A model generated the notes under the pieces. That model was not told the DNA's origin and made no database searches. It worked only from the letters and a program-made list of their open reading frames with translations. The position numbers and the translations under genes were made by a program. Of a stretch of DNA of 24,279 nt, positions 15,862-23,858 are shown piece by piece (the first letter of the stretch is position 1; each line of letters starts with the position of its first letter). Source of the stretch: a virus (lineage: Duplodnaviria; Caudoviricetes); the IMG/VR virus record IMGVR_UViG_3300020436_000094, positions 1-24,279 of that record; one strand, 5' to 3'.

Positions 15862-16392
15862 ATGGAGTTTCGAGAATCGACACAACATAGTTACAATATG
15901 AATATCACAAATACAAAAGGACAGATGGCTCTACATGCTTTTGCAAAAGAGATATTACGTGTGCCAGGATGGGACGTAGCTTTCCCTGATTCACCCATAT
16001 CAGTTGTAGATGCATTTGCCTACAGCAAAGATACAACACTACGTTTTCAAGTAAAATATGTGAGTTGTATTAAATGTCCTACGAGTGGTGGCACTAAAGT
16101 TAAAGTACCATTACGTAATACTTACAAATATAAAAGTAACAAAGATTTAACTTGTAAAGTATTATATTTTGAAAACAATATTGATTGCGTATATGCATTT
16201 ATACCTGAGTTAGACAAAGGTATATTTGTTACTCCAAACATGGCTGTGCCTGGGCAGACTATGTTTCATGTACGTATATCTGCACCACCTAGATTAACTA
16301 AACGTACTCGTATGTGGTATCATCATACGGAGTTTCAACCGGAGGCACTAAATGGGAACAGTAATAGCAATGGCTCATTGTCCGTTTCATGA
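15862..16392 (+). CDS. PD-(D/E)XK endonuclease, group-I-intron/homing type
   Basis: KG...L...........V.FP......VD..........RFQVKY and Y....IDCV..F patterns resemble the I-Ssp6803I-like family. Confidence 0.7.
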   Translation: MEFRESTQHSYNMNITNTKGQMALHAFAKEILRVPGWDVAFPDSPISVVDAFAYSKDTTLRFQVKYVSCIKCPTSGGTKVKVPLRNTYKYKSNKDLTCKVLYFENNIDCVYAFIPELDKGIFVTPNMAVPGQTMFHVRISAPPRLTKRTRMWYHHTEFQPEALNGNSNSNGSLSVS

Positions 16393-17131
16393 AGACAGGA
16401 CACCGTCGTTAGCAATATATGAAAACTCATATCATTGTTTTGGATGTAAGAAGACAGGTAAGTTAGAACCGTGGATGACTGAGTTAGTTGATGGTGTTGA
16501 TGTTAGGGACAAGTCACAGCCCAAACTAGATGTAAGTAAATACAGTTATGACTTAAGTGATAGTGTAAAAAAGTTTTTTGAGGATAGACAAATACCTGAG
16601 TATGCAACTATGAGTTATCTTGTAAAAGGTAGAGGAGATGTAGTAGTATTACCGTGTTATGATGTTGATATGAAATTAACAGGTCATCAAAAACGTAAAG
16701 TTGTTGGTAAATCTAAGAACAAGTACATAACAATACCAGTTGATGGTGTGTATCCAGATTACTCTTGGTGTCCACTACATGAACATGAACCACTAACAGA
16801 GAACATAGGACATACAGATAGGACAATAATATTAGTAGAATCTATTGTTGACGGTTTGTTTATGAACAGAGTAGGTTTTGATGCTATTGCTTTATTAGGC
16901 ACTAATCCACGAGGCTCTCTTATACCGTTACTTGCATCACACGGATTGTCGTGTATTATATTTTTTGACCCTGATGCAATAGTGGTGGCTTCTTATCTTA
17001 ATGATAAGTTAAATGCTCATGGTATAAACAGTGTTATATTAGATTCGGATGTAAAACCTTATGAATGTAATCGTGGTACTATACATAGGACAATATGCAA
17101 ACTAAGGGAGGAGTTAAAAGATGATATCTAA
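16352..17131 (+). CDS. DNA primase (CHC2 zinc finger + TOPRIM)
   Basis: CPFHEDRTPS...YHCFGC zinc finger; TOPRIM LVESIVD and FFDPD. Confidence 0.92.
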   Translation: MGTVIAMAHCPFHEDRTPSLAIYENSYHCFGCKKTGKLEPWMTELVDGVDVRDKSQPKLDVSKYSYDLSDSVKKFFEDRQIPEYATMSYLVKGRGDVVVLPCYDVDMKLTGHQKRKVVGKSKNKYITIPVDGVYPDYSWCPLHEHEPLTENIGHTDRTIILVESIVDGLFMNRVGFDAIALLGTNPRGSLIPLLASHGLSCIIFFDPDAIVVASYLNDKLNAHGINSVILDSDVKPYECNRGTIHRTICKLREELKDDI

Positions 17132-17339
17132 ATTTATTGATGATGTAACAGCCCAGATTATGACTGGTTTGGAGTATGATAAACGAGGTTCTTCTATTAA
17201 ATATAAATTAGAAGAACACATTGTTAGGAGAATATTACAACGTAATTTAGATGCGTTATTTAAGGAGTTAGAATTACATAAGGAAGTGACAGATGACATA
17301 CAAGGAACGCAAACAGAAGCACCCCAACCATCCAGATAA
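17121..17339 (+). CDS. Hypothetical protein
   Basis: GGAGG SD; bridges primase and polymerase. Confidence 0.65.
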   Translation: MISKFIDDVTAQIMTGLEYDKRGSSIKYKLEEHIVRRILQRNLDALFKELELHKEVTDDIQGTQTEAPQPSR

Positions 17340-19452
17340 TTGTTTGAAATGTGGGTTGTTCGAGAATTGTAAAAGTTATAAACTAAAATATAAAAAAGTA
17401 CAAACTGGTAGTAAGACTGTATTGTTTGTGGTAGACACTCCATCACAGTTATACGACCATACAGGTTCTATGAAAAATAGTAAACTGTTAAACACATTAG
17501 AATTACTATCAAAAGATTGGCTACAAGAATTTAATGTATATGTTACTCATGCTGTAAAGTGTCGACAAGCAGAGGGTACTATAAAAATAGCAGCAATACG
17601 TCAATGCAATATTTATTTAATAGATGATATTAGTAAAATAAAACCTGATGTTGTAATAACATTGGGCGACACGGCAAAGAAAGCAATACAGGAATCTTGC
17701 GGGAGTTTCCCGCAAAATATCCAGGTACATAATGCTCCGTCAATAGTTGTTGATAATCAGGCAACCGTTACGGAGGTGTTGAACAGAGTGTGGCATGAGT
17801 TACACAAAGTGCTTTTACCGATACCTTTAACTACAAATTTGTCGAGGGTATTGTTGCATGCAGCTAAAACAAAGTTAATAGCGTTAGACTTTGAGTGGAA
17901 TCCTGATACAGGTATAGCCCACTCAGTAGGATTAGCGGCAGGTAAGGTAGCAGGTGGTTTTGTATTAGATAGTCACACTGAGAAGGCAATAGAGAATATA
18001 CTAGTTGATGAATCTATGACTGTTGTTGGGCACAACATAGCGGAAGATGTCCGACGAGTTATTGATAAATTAGGTGCACGTATTCGTTGTCAGTTCATAG
18101 ACACGCTGTTATTAAAACGACAGTTAGTGTTTAATCTACGGCAAGGTGGTCTCAAATACTTTGCGGAGCGTTATCTACTGTTAGAAGAGTATTGGAAAGA
18201 TATAACTGTGGATGATTTCAGTGCACCATCCCCCAAGCTATTAAAATATACTGGTGGTGATGCGTGGGCTACCTTATCTTTGTATAATAAATTTAAGCAA
18301 GACTTTAAGAATGAGTGGAAACATATGGAAAATGCTCGTGCCATTGATATGGATATGATTTTACCAGTGGCTTACATGGTACATGGTGGTATTAAAATAG
18401 ACAAACAAAAATTAAAAAAACAATTAACATCATTAAAATTAAAAGAGAACAAGTTGTTAAGTGAGTTTGAAACAAAACACAAAATCAACCCCGCAAGTCC
18501 TTTACAAGTATTAGAGTTTCTTAAAAAACGTAAACATAAAATTAAAAGCACAGGTATAGATGCACTTAGTAAATTGAATGATGAAGTTGTAGATAAGTTA
18601 ATTGAGTATAGAAAAATTAGTAAACTAACTACAACATACTTAGATAAGTTAGCAGACATGGCTGATGATAAAGATTTAATACACTGTAATTTACACTTAG
18701 CAAATACAATAACGGGTCGTATGAGTTCGAGCAACCCTAACATGCAAAATATTCCACCTGATGTACGACCCATTTTTGCTAGTGTGTTTGGGCAAGACGG
18801 TAATTTAGTAACAGTGGATGCTAGTCAAAGTGAGCTACGTTGTTTAGCATACCTAAGTAAAAGTAAATATTTAATTGACTCATACAATGAAGGTACTGAC
18901 ATGCATAGCTTGGTATCTAAGTTAGCAGGTATAAGTAGAAAAAATGCTAAAGTTCTAAACTTTGCATTTGTATATGGTTCATCAGAGTTTGGATTAAAGA
19001 ATCAATTAGTTAAAGCAGGTGTCGAAATGTCTAAGGCGGATACGGTAGTAGGAAGTTTTATTGATACTATGGACAAGTTAGGTATACGTGAGTATCAGCA
19101 GAAGCTACTTGACAAGGCAAAGAAATTGAATTATATTTATTCTCCATATGGTCGTGTTGGTACTAGACTTAATCCTACTCAAGTAGTAAATTTTCCTATT
19201 CAATCGTTTAGTGCTGACTTAAATAAGATGAGAATTATTTATGTATTTAATAGACTTCGAGAGGAGAAACTTATATCACGTATATGGTTAGAGTTTCATG
19301 ATGCTATGGAGTTAGACATATATAAACCAGAACAAAAACAAGTTTATGATATTATAAACGAATTAGATTTAACAATACCCGATGTATTAAACAAAGGTAT
19401 TGAAATACAACTGCCTTTGGATGTCAAAGAGAATGGCGTCAACTGGCAATAG
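17293..19452 (+). CDS. polA: Family A DNA polymerase with N-terminal family-4 uracil-DNA-glycosylase-like domain and 3'-5' exonuclease
   Basis: UDG4-like CLKC...YVTHAVKC...RQC...KPDVVITLG. Exo I DFE, II HNIAED, III YTGGD. Pol motifs TGRMSS.NPNMQNIP, DASQSELR, RKNAKVLNFAFVYG, FHDA. Confidence 0.95.
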   Translation: MTYKERKQKHPNHPDNCLKCGLFENCKSYKLKYKKVQTGSKTVLFVVDTPSQLYDHTGSMKNSKLLNTLELLSKDWLQEFNVYVTHAVKCRQAEGTIKIAAIRQCNIYLIDDISKIKPDVVITLGDTAKKAIQESCGSFPQNIQVHNAPSIVVDNQATVTEVLNRVWHELHKVLLPIPLTTNLSRVLLHAAKTKLIALDFEWNPDTGIAHSVGLAAGKVAGGFVLDSHTEKAIENILVDESMTVVGHNIAEDVRRVIDKLGARIRCQFIDTLLLKRQLVFNLRQGGLKYFAERYLLLEEYWKDITVDDFSAPSPKLLKYTGGDAWATLSLYNKFKQDFKNEWKHMENARAIDMDMILPVAYMVHGGIKIDKQKLKKQLTSLKLKENKLLSEFETKHKINPASPLQVLEFLKKRKHKIKSTGIDALSKLNDEVVDKLIEYRKISKLTTTYLDKLADMADDKDLIHCNLHLANTITGRMSSSNPNMQNIPPDVRPIFASVFGQDGNLVTVDASQSELRCLAYLSKSKYLIDSYNEGTDMHSLVSKLAGISRKNAKVLNFAFVYGSSEFGLKNQLVKAGVEMSKADTVVGSFIDTMDKLGIREYQQKLLDKAKKLNYIYSPYGRVGTRLNPTQVVNFPIQSFSADLNKMRIIYVFNRLREEKLISRIWLEFHDAMELDIYKPEQKQVYDIINELDLTIPDVLNKGIEIQLPLDVKENGVNWQ
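17698..17714. promoter_or_regulatory. 17-bp palindrome copy 6 (TGCGGGA-GTT-TCCCGCA), intragenic
   Basis: Perfect copy (19 bp with flanks) inside the polymerase gene, within codons SCGSFPQ. Confidence 0.75.
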
Positions 19453-19461
19453 GAGGGCAAT

Positions 19462-19770
19462 ATGCCAAATTCATACACACCAAGAGCTGGGCGTGTAGCA
19501 CGAGGAGCAAGTCTGAATAATGATTCAGGTGGTAGTGCTCCTGCACAGCAGTCATCAAACAATGATGGTAAAGCTAAACTAATACCATGTGGTGGTGGTT
19601 GGAAGACTAACTGGGGATACTCATGCCAGATACAGATAAATGGTAGAGCATACAAAGTTATGGCTTTTTGGAATAACAAACCAAAAGGGTCTAATCCACC
19701 TGCAATCAACTTTACTATTAGAGAGACTGATGTAGCTGGTGAAGACATACCGGTAAGAGAGGGTGACTGA
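19462..19770 (+). CDS. Putative single-stranded DNA-binding protein (DUF736/PC4-like)
   Basis: GGGWK...YS.QI.I.G.....MAF.N..K....P core; acidic EDIPV tail like an SSB tip; located after the polymerase. Confidence 0.55.
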   Translation: MPNSYTPRAGRVARGASLNNDSGGSAPAQQSSNNDGKAKLIPCGGGWKTNWGYSCQIQINGRAYKVMAFWNNKPKGSNPPAINFTIRETDVAGEDIPVREGD

Positions 19771-20585
19771 TGAGTCAAACAACCAAGCAAATTCTAACTA
19801 ATCCAGAAAGTTTTATTGACAATCTTAACGATTGCACAGAGCAGATTTTGGATATAGAGTTTGATGCAAGGTTTGAAGAATGGAAAGCTAGAGGTAGTGA
19901 CAAACAAGTTCGTGCCTCTAGTTTAGGTACATGTATACGTCAAGCATACTATTCATTTAATGAACAAGCAGAGCGTACACCTGTATCAGACCCGTTAGCT
20001 AGAAGACGTATGTACATGGGTTTTATTAATGAAGAAATTATGGGGAAGATTATTAACTTGATGCCAGGGCATACTCATGGGCTTGATAGTGAAGAACAAA
20101 ATAAGTTTCCTATACATGTAGACTTAATGAACGATGAAGACATTCACTGTGCTGCGACCACTGATTTTGTAAAAGAATATGAAGACAAAGATGGTGGTAA
20201 ATATTATATACCTATAGAATTAAAATCAACTGATGTGTACAAATGGAAAGAATTTACTTATTGGAAATATCATTTGAAACAATTATTACTATGGGTGTAT
20301 ATAGCAAAACAGAATGGGTTAAATGTACCTTATGCAATGCTAGTGTATACAAGACGTAGCACTATGGATATGAAATTTTGTGTTATATCTGTAGATACAT
20401 TGTATTCAAAGATGGGTAAAGTAGTAGAGAGTTACGAACATTGGTTTCCATTTATGGATGATTTAGTTAATAGACTGAAGTGGTCTATACGTAATAAGCA
20501 AGTACCAGCTATGCCTACCGATGTTCCACAATATATATGTAAGACTTGTCCGCATTTAGGCAAGTGTATGAATAATGTAGATTAA
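19770..20585 (+). CDS. Cas4/RecB-like PD-(D/E)XK exonuclease with Fe-S cysteines
   Basis: RASSLGTC.RQ.YY, TTD, IELKS, KQL..W and C-terminal CKTCPHLGKC. Confidence 0.85.
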   Translation: MSQTTKQILTNPESFIDNLNDCTEQILDIEFDARFEEWKARGSDKQVRASSLGTCIRQAYYSFNEQAERTPVSDPLARRRMYMGFINEEIMGKIINLMPGHTHGLDSEEQNKFPIHVDLMNDEDIHCAATTDFVKEYEDKDGGKYYIPIELKSTDVYKWKEFTYWKYHLKQLLLWVYIAKQNGLNVPYAMLVYTRRSTMDMKFCVISVDTLYSKMGKVVESYEHWFPFMDDLVNRLKWSIRNKQVPAMPTDVPQYICKTCPHLGKCMNNVD

Positions 20586-20586
20586 G

Positions 20587-20952
20587 ATGGTAAATAGAAG
20601 ATATCAAGCAGGATATAGATTTGAAAAACGGGTGACAAAAGATGTGTCTGGTTTGTTAGATTATGTGAACGACTTACTATATTATTCGATTGAATCTAGA
20701 GGTAGCAAAGGTAAAGCTGACATAGTGTTTGGTTTGTATAACAAGCGTAGCGGGGTTCGCACCTGGTTTGGGATACAATGTAAAAAAGGTTTTATTTCAA
20801 AACCAGAAGTAATGAGGTGCACTACGGCGGCTAGACAGGAAAACGGTATGTTTTTATTCTTTGCTACTCTAGACAAAACTAAAAAAGAATTGGTGTATAC
20901 ACCAGATATATTAGAATGGATTGATTTATGGATGACAAACAGTATTTCTTAG
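20587..20952 (+). CDS. Holliday junction resolvase (Hjc-like PD-(D/E)XK)
   Basis: Y..G..FE..V, SRGSKG.ADIV and IQCK motifs. Confidence 0.8.
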   Translation: MVNRRYQAGYRFEKRVTKDVSGLLDYVNDLLYYSIESRGSKGKADIVFGLYNKRSGVRTWFGIQCKKGFISKPEVMRCTTAARQENGMFLFFATLDKTKKELVYTPDILEWIDLWMTNSIS

Positions 20953-21455
20953 AAGCACTAAAACGTTTAGGAGTTATATGTCTGTTATTAAAAGACAAGT
21001 TTGGTGCTGGTTTATTAACTGGTAGTTTATTTATGGATAGCCGTATTAGTTTATTATCTAAGCTGTTATCAATGGTATCTACTAATTGGGAAGAATTAAA
21101 TTTAGATAGATTTTTACCAGAAGACTTAGACGCTAATGAGTTGATAGGTTATATAACTGAGTTGCGTGCTGAGTATGTAAACAAAGAAACTTATATACAT
21201 ATGTCATACAAAAATGTAAAGAAAAACGATAGTATTTTATTTTATGAGTTACCTGAGATACTAAACTATGAACGTGTAAACAAAGAAAAGACCAGAGTGT
21301 ATTATAATTTAATACCTGATAGGATTATTTATGTGTTACAAAGAATTAAAATACCTAAGATATTTGTAACAAAATGTTATTTGTATACGACAACCGATGA
21401 CTGGGCAACTATAGATACTTTATTACAAAGGAGTTACGAAACGTATGGAGATTAG
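20928..21455 (+). CDS. Hypothetical protein
   Basis: 175-aa ORF in the operon; no recognised motif. Confidence 0.7.
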   Translation: MDDKQYFLEALKRLGVICLLLKDKFGAGLLTGSLFMDSRISLLSKLLSMVSTNWEELNLDRFLPEDLDANELIGYITELRAEYVNKETYIHMSYKNVKKNDSILFYELPEILNYERVNKEKTRVYYNLIPDRIIYVLQRIKIPKIFVTKCYLYTTTDDWATIDTLLQRSYETYGD

Positions 21456-21954
21456 ATACAAAAAAGTTTTAGCTAGATTGTCTGATGTTTTTTTAATTGA
21501 TGATTACTTTACTCTAGATACTAGTACAGAATTAGAACAATCACTTATAAAGTTTTATGTTGATTTATCTACTGTTGGAGTGCGTGATAAAACTATAGGT
21601 AGTTTAATTGCGTTACTTGCAGCTGGTCATGCAAAGATATGGTTTGTTGATGGTTACCATGAAAATGTTTTCTATCGTTGTCAGACATTAATTGCAACAT
21701 TACTACGTCAGATTTTAGGCGAGCAATTGACAAAAAGCCTATTAGCAAGTAGTATTATATATAGAAGGATTGAGAGTAAATTGCAATTACAAAATACATA
21801 CAATCAATTAACCCAAGAAGGTGAACAGAACAACGAGGTTGTTGTTAATTTATCACTTATTTCTTGGAAGAAATATATACAAACAGCATACCCTGATATG
21901 TACAACAAAAAATATCAGGAGTATGAAACAGAGTATGACGAAATACTCAATTAG
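21445..21954 (+). CDS. Hypothetical protein
   Basis: AAGGAG SD; 169 aa; last gene of the rightward operon. Confidence 0.75.
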   Translation: MEIRYKKVLARLSDVFLIDDYFTLDTSTELEQSLIKFYVDLSTVGVRDKTIGSLIALLAAGHAKIWFVDGYHENVFYRCQTLIATLLRQILGEQLTKSLLASSIIYRRIESKLQLQNTYNQLTQEGEQNNEVVVNLSLISWKKYIQTAYPDMYNKKYQEYETEYDEILN

Positions 21955-21976
21955 TACCAACATGCTAGAGGCTGGG

Positions 21977-21992
21977 TCTAACTTATTCACAA
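21977..21992 (+). repeat. 16-bp direct repeat copy B, TCTAACTTATTCACAA
   Basis: Identical to 10799-10814; lies in the 53-bp gap between the convergent operons. Confidence 0.8.
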
Positions 21993-22007
21993 TCTCACTT
22001 CCTTGTC

Positions 22008-22259
22008 TCAGTCTCTAGTTTTTCTTGATTGAAAATCACAATTCATTTTTTGTATATCAACCCATCTATCGAAAGCGTTAGCACGTTTTTCAGCTATAAG
22101 ATTAGCTTCACGCTGTGCATCAGCTAGTTTTTCTAATGACCTAGCTATAGTTCTAGCTACTTCAGATGTACCATTACCGTTTTGTTGTTTCATAACAAGC
22201 CAAACAATAACGACTAGAGCCGGAGCTTGTGATAACATTGCTATTAATTCTGTTTCCAT
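22008..22259 (-). CDS. Single-TM coiled-coil protein (possible holin-like)
   Basis: N-terminal hydrophobic helix LIAMLSQAPALVVIVWLVM, then an amphipathic helix; TAATG coupling. Confidence 0.6.
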   Translation of the reverse strand: METELIAMLSQAPALVVIVWLVMKQQNGNGTSEVARTIARSLEKLADAQREANLIAEKRANAFDRWVDIQKMNCDFQSRKTRD

Positions 22260-22495
22260 TATTTACCTAGTGGATTATTAAATCCAGACCTAAACTCATT
22301 TAATTTAGCTTCTAATACTTCTAATTTTTTATCTAATAAATTAACTTGTTGTTGTAATTTTTCTACGTTGTCACTACCTACAGCTTGTGATACTGCATTT
22401 AGTCTAGTATTAAACTCACCCCAAGCGTAGAACCCGCCACCTATAGCAGATACAACACCAATTATCATTGCATACTTTTGTAATTTATCTAGCAT
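22259..22495 (-). CDS. Single-TM coiled-coil protein
   Basis: TM YAMIIGVVSAIGGGFYAW, heptad repeats, C-terminal NNPL; AAGGAG SD. Confidence 0.75.
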   Translation of the reverse strand: MLDKLQKYAMIIGVVSAIGGGFYAWGEFNTRLNAVSQAVGSDNVEKLQQQVNLLDKKLEVLEAKLNEFRSGFNNPLGK

Positions 22496-23858
22496 ATTGT
22501 CTCCTTAAAACTTGTAGTTCTTTTTCTTTTTGTATTCTAATTAATGTAGCTTTTTGTAGTTGTTCTTGATAGTCACGTACAGGGTCATTTAAACTAATCG
22601 CCGCAAACCTGTTATCATTTTGATATATCTCACCACCATCTAGCATACGTAAGTCTTCGTATACGTTACCTTCGTACAACTGTCTCTTATCTGTATATTG
22701 TTTATAGTAACTAGATATATCTACCTGTTGTTTTTCCATAGTTTCTGCTACGATTATATTAGTTACAGCTAGTTGTTTATCTATAGCTTTTATTTTAACT
22801 GCTACTTGTGCTTGTATATCTTGTACATCTACTGCTACTTGTTCGTTACTAGAAGGCTCACTTGTAGGTTCTTCTTGCACTGTTGCTACGGTAGTAGTTT
22901 CAGACTGCTCAGGTTGTTCTTCCATAGGTTCTTCTGTTATTGCAGTAGTTTCTGTAGGAGTTTCTTCTGTAACTTCTGGTTCTTCTTCAACAATCTCTGG
23001 TCCACCAAATGCTTGTAGTATTTCTACCTCTTCAAACTCTTCTTCTAATGTAGTAACTATTTCTTCAAATATTATTTCTTCTTCTAATTGTACTATACCA
23101 AATTCTTCTAGTGCAATAGGTATAGGAATAAACTCTTCTATCGGCACTGGTTCTATAAAAGATTGTTCCCATTCTTCAAATTGTTCTATAACTTCTTCTA
23201 TCAATTCTATAGTTTCTTCTTCTATGACAGTATCATCATAGGTCATTGTTAGTTTTGCACCAAGAAGATTAGGTCCACCCATATTTACAAAGCTACCTTC
23301 ATCTACTCCTTCCCATTCCCAATAGAACTGGTTACTACCTGTGCCTGTATAGCTAACAGAATCTTCATACTTAAAAGCATTTGCACCATACCCAGCATCA
23401 TTGTTTCTAGTTTGATTTGTTATAGCCAGAGTATTACCTTCATCATCTAGTATCTTAACTGTAGTTGTGTAGGTATCACGTCCTTGCCTAGCTTGACCAC
23501 ACTGCCAAGCAGACCCCTGCCACTCACAGTTTTGCACTATGGTAGTAGAGTCAAGTGTAATACCATTATTTAATTGTTGCTGTGTAGCATGGTCTGTTAG
23601 GTTACCAGTGTAATTAATACTACCTGTGCCAGTAGTTTCTAATTCTTGTCCCCAATCTCTAACAGTACCAACTACATTAAAACCATTTGTAGATACACTA
23701 GGTATTGTGTTGTCTACGCTTTGATAACTGCTTGAGTTGTTCGTACCATTGGGTAATAGGTTTCCTGTCGTAAGTTCTTCTGCACTTACTGCCCACGCTA
23801 TCAAGAATGCAATTAACAATAAGTAACCACATTTAATCATCGTCTCCATATAAATCAT
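22485..23858 (-). CDS. Secreted acidic protein (signal peptide, beta domain, Glu-rich linker, coiled-coil tail)
   Basis: Signal peptide MIKCGYLLLIAFLIAWAVSA|EE (true start may be ATG 23840), a Cys pair CEWQGSAWQC and a long E/P/T-rich stalk. Confidence 0.8.
   Translation of the reverse strand: MIYMETMIKCGYLLLIAFLIAWAVSAEELTTGNLLPNGTNNSSSYQSVDNTIPSVSTNGFNVVGTVRDWGQELETTGTGSINYTGNLTDHATQQQLNNGITLDSTTIVQNCEWQGSAWQCGQARQGRDTYTTTVKILDDEGNTLAITNQTRNNDAGYGANAFKYEDSVSYTGTGSNQFYWEWEGVDEGSFVNMGGPNLLGAKLTMTYDDTVIEEETIELIEEVIEQFEEWEQSFIEPVPIEEFIPIPIALEEFGIVQLEEEIIFEEIVTTLEEEFEEVEILQAFGGPEIVEEEPEVTEETPTETTAITEEPMEEQPEQSETTTVATVQEEPTSEPSSNEQVAVDVQDIQAQVAVKIKAIDKQLAVTNIIVAETMEKQQVDISSYYKQYTDKRQLYEGNVYEDLRMLDGGEIYQNDNRFAAISLNDPVRDYQEQLQKATLIRIQKEKELQVLRRQYAR

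Noticed and set aside
10121-17714. 17-bp palindromes as CRISPR repeats, REP elements or terminators
   Set aside because: Spacing is irregular (0.2-4.5 kb) with genes between, there is no GTAG REP tag, and no U-tract follows.
15695-18496. Half-sites GCGGGA (~15695) and CCCGCAA (~18490)
   Set aside because: No partner arm at the right spacing, and both lie inside coding sequence.
19770-20585. Cas4-like gene as part of a CRISPR-Cas system
   Set aside because: No cas1/cas2 or array; solo Cas4-like nucleases are common in phage replication modules.
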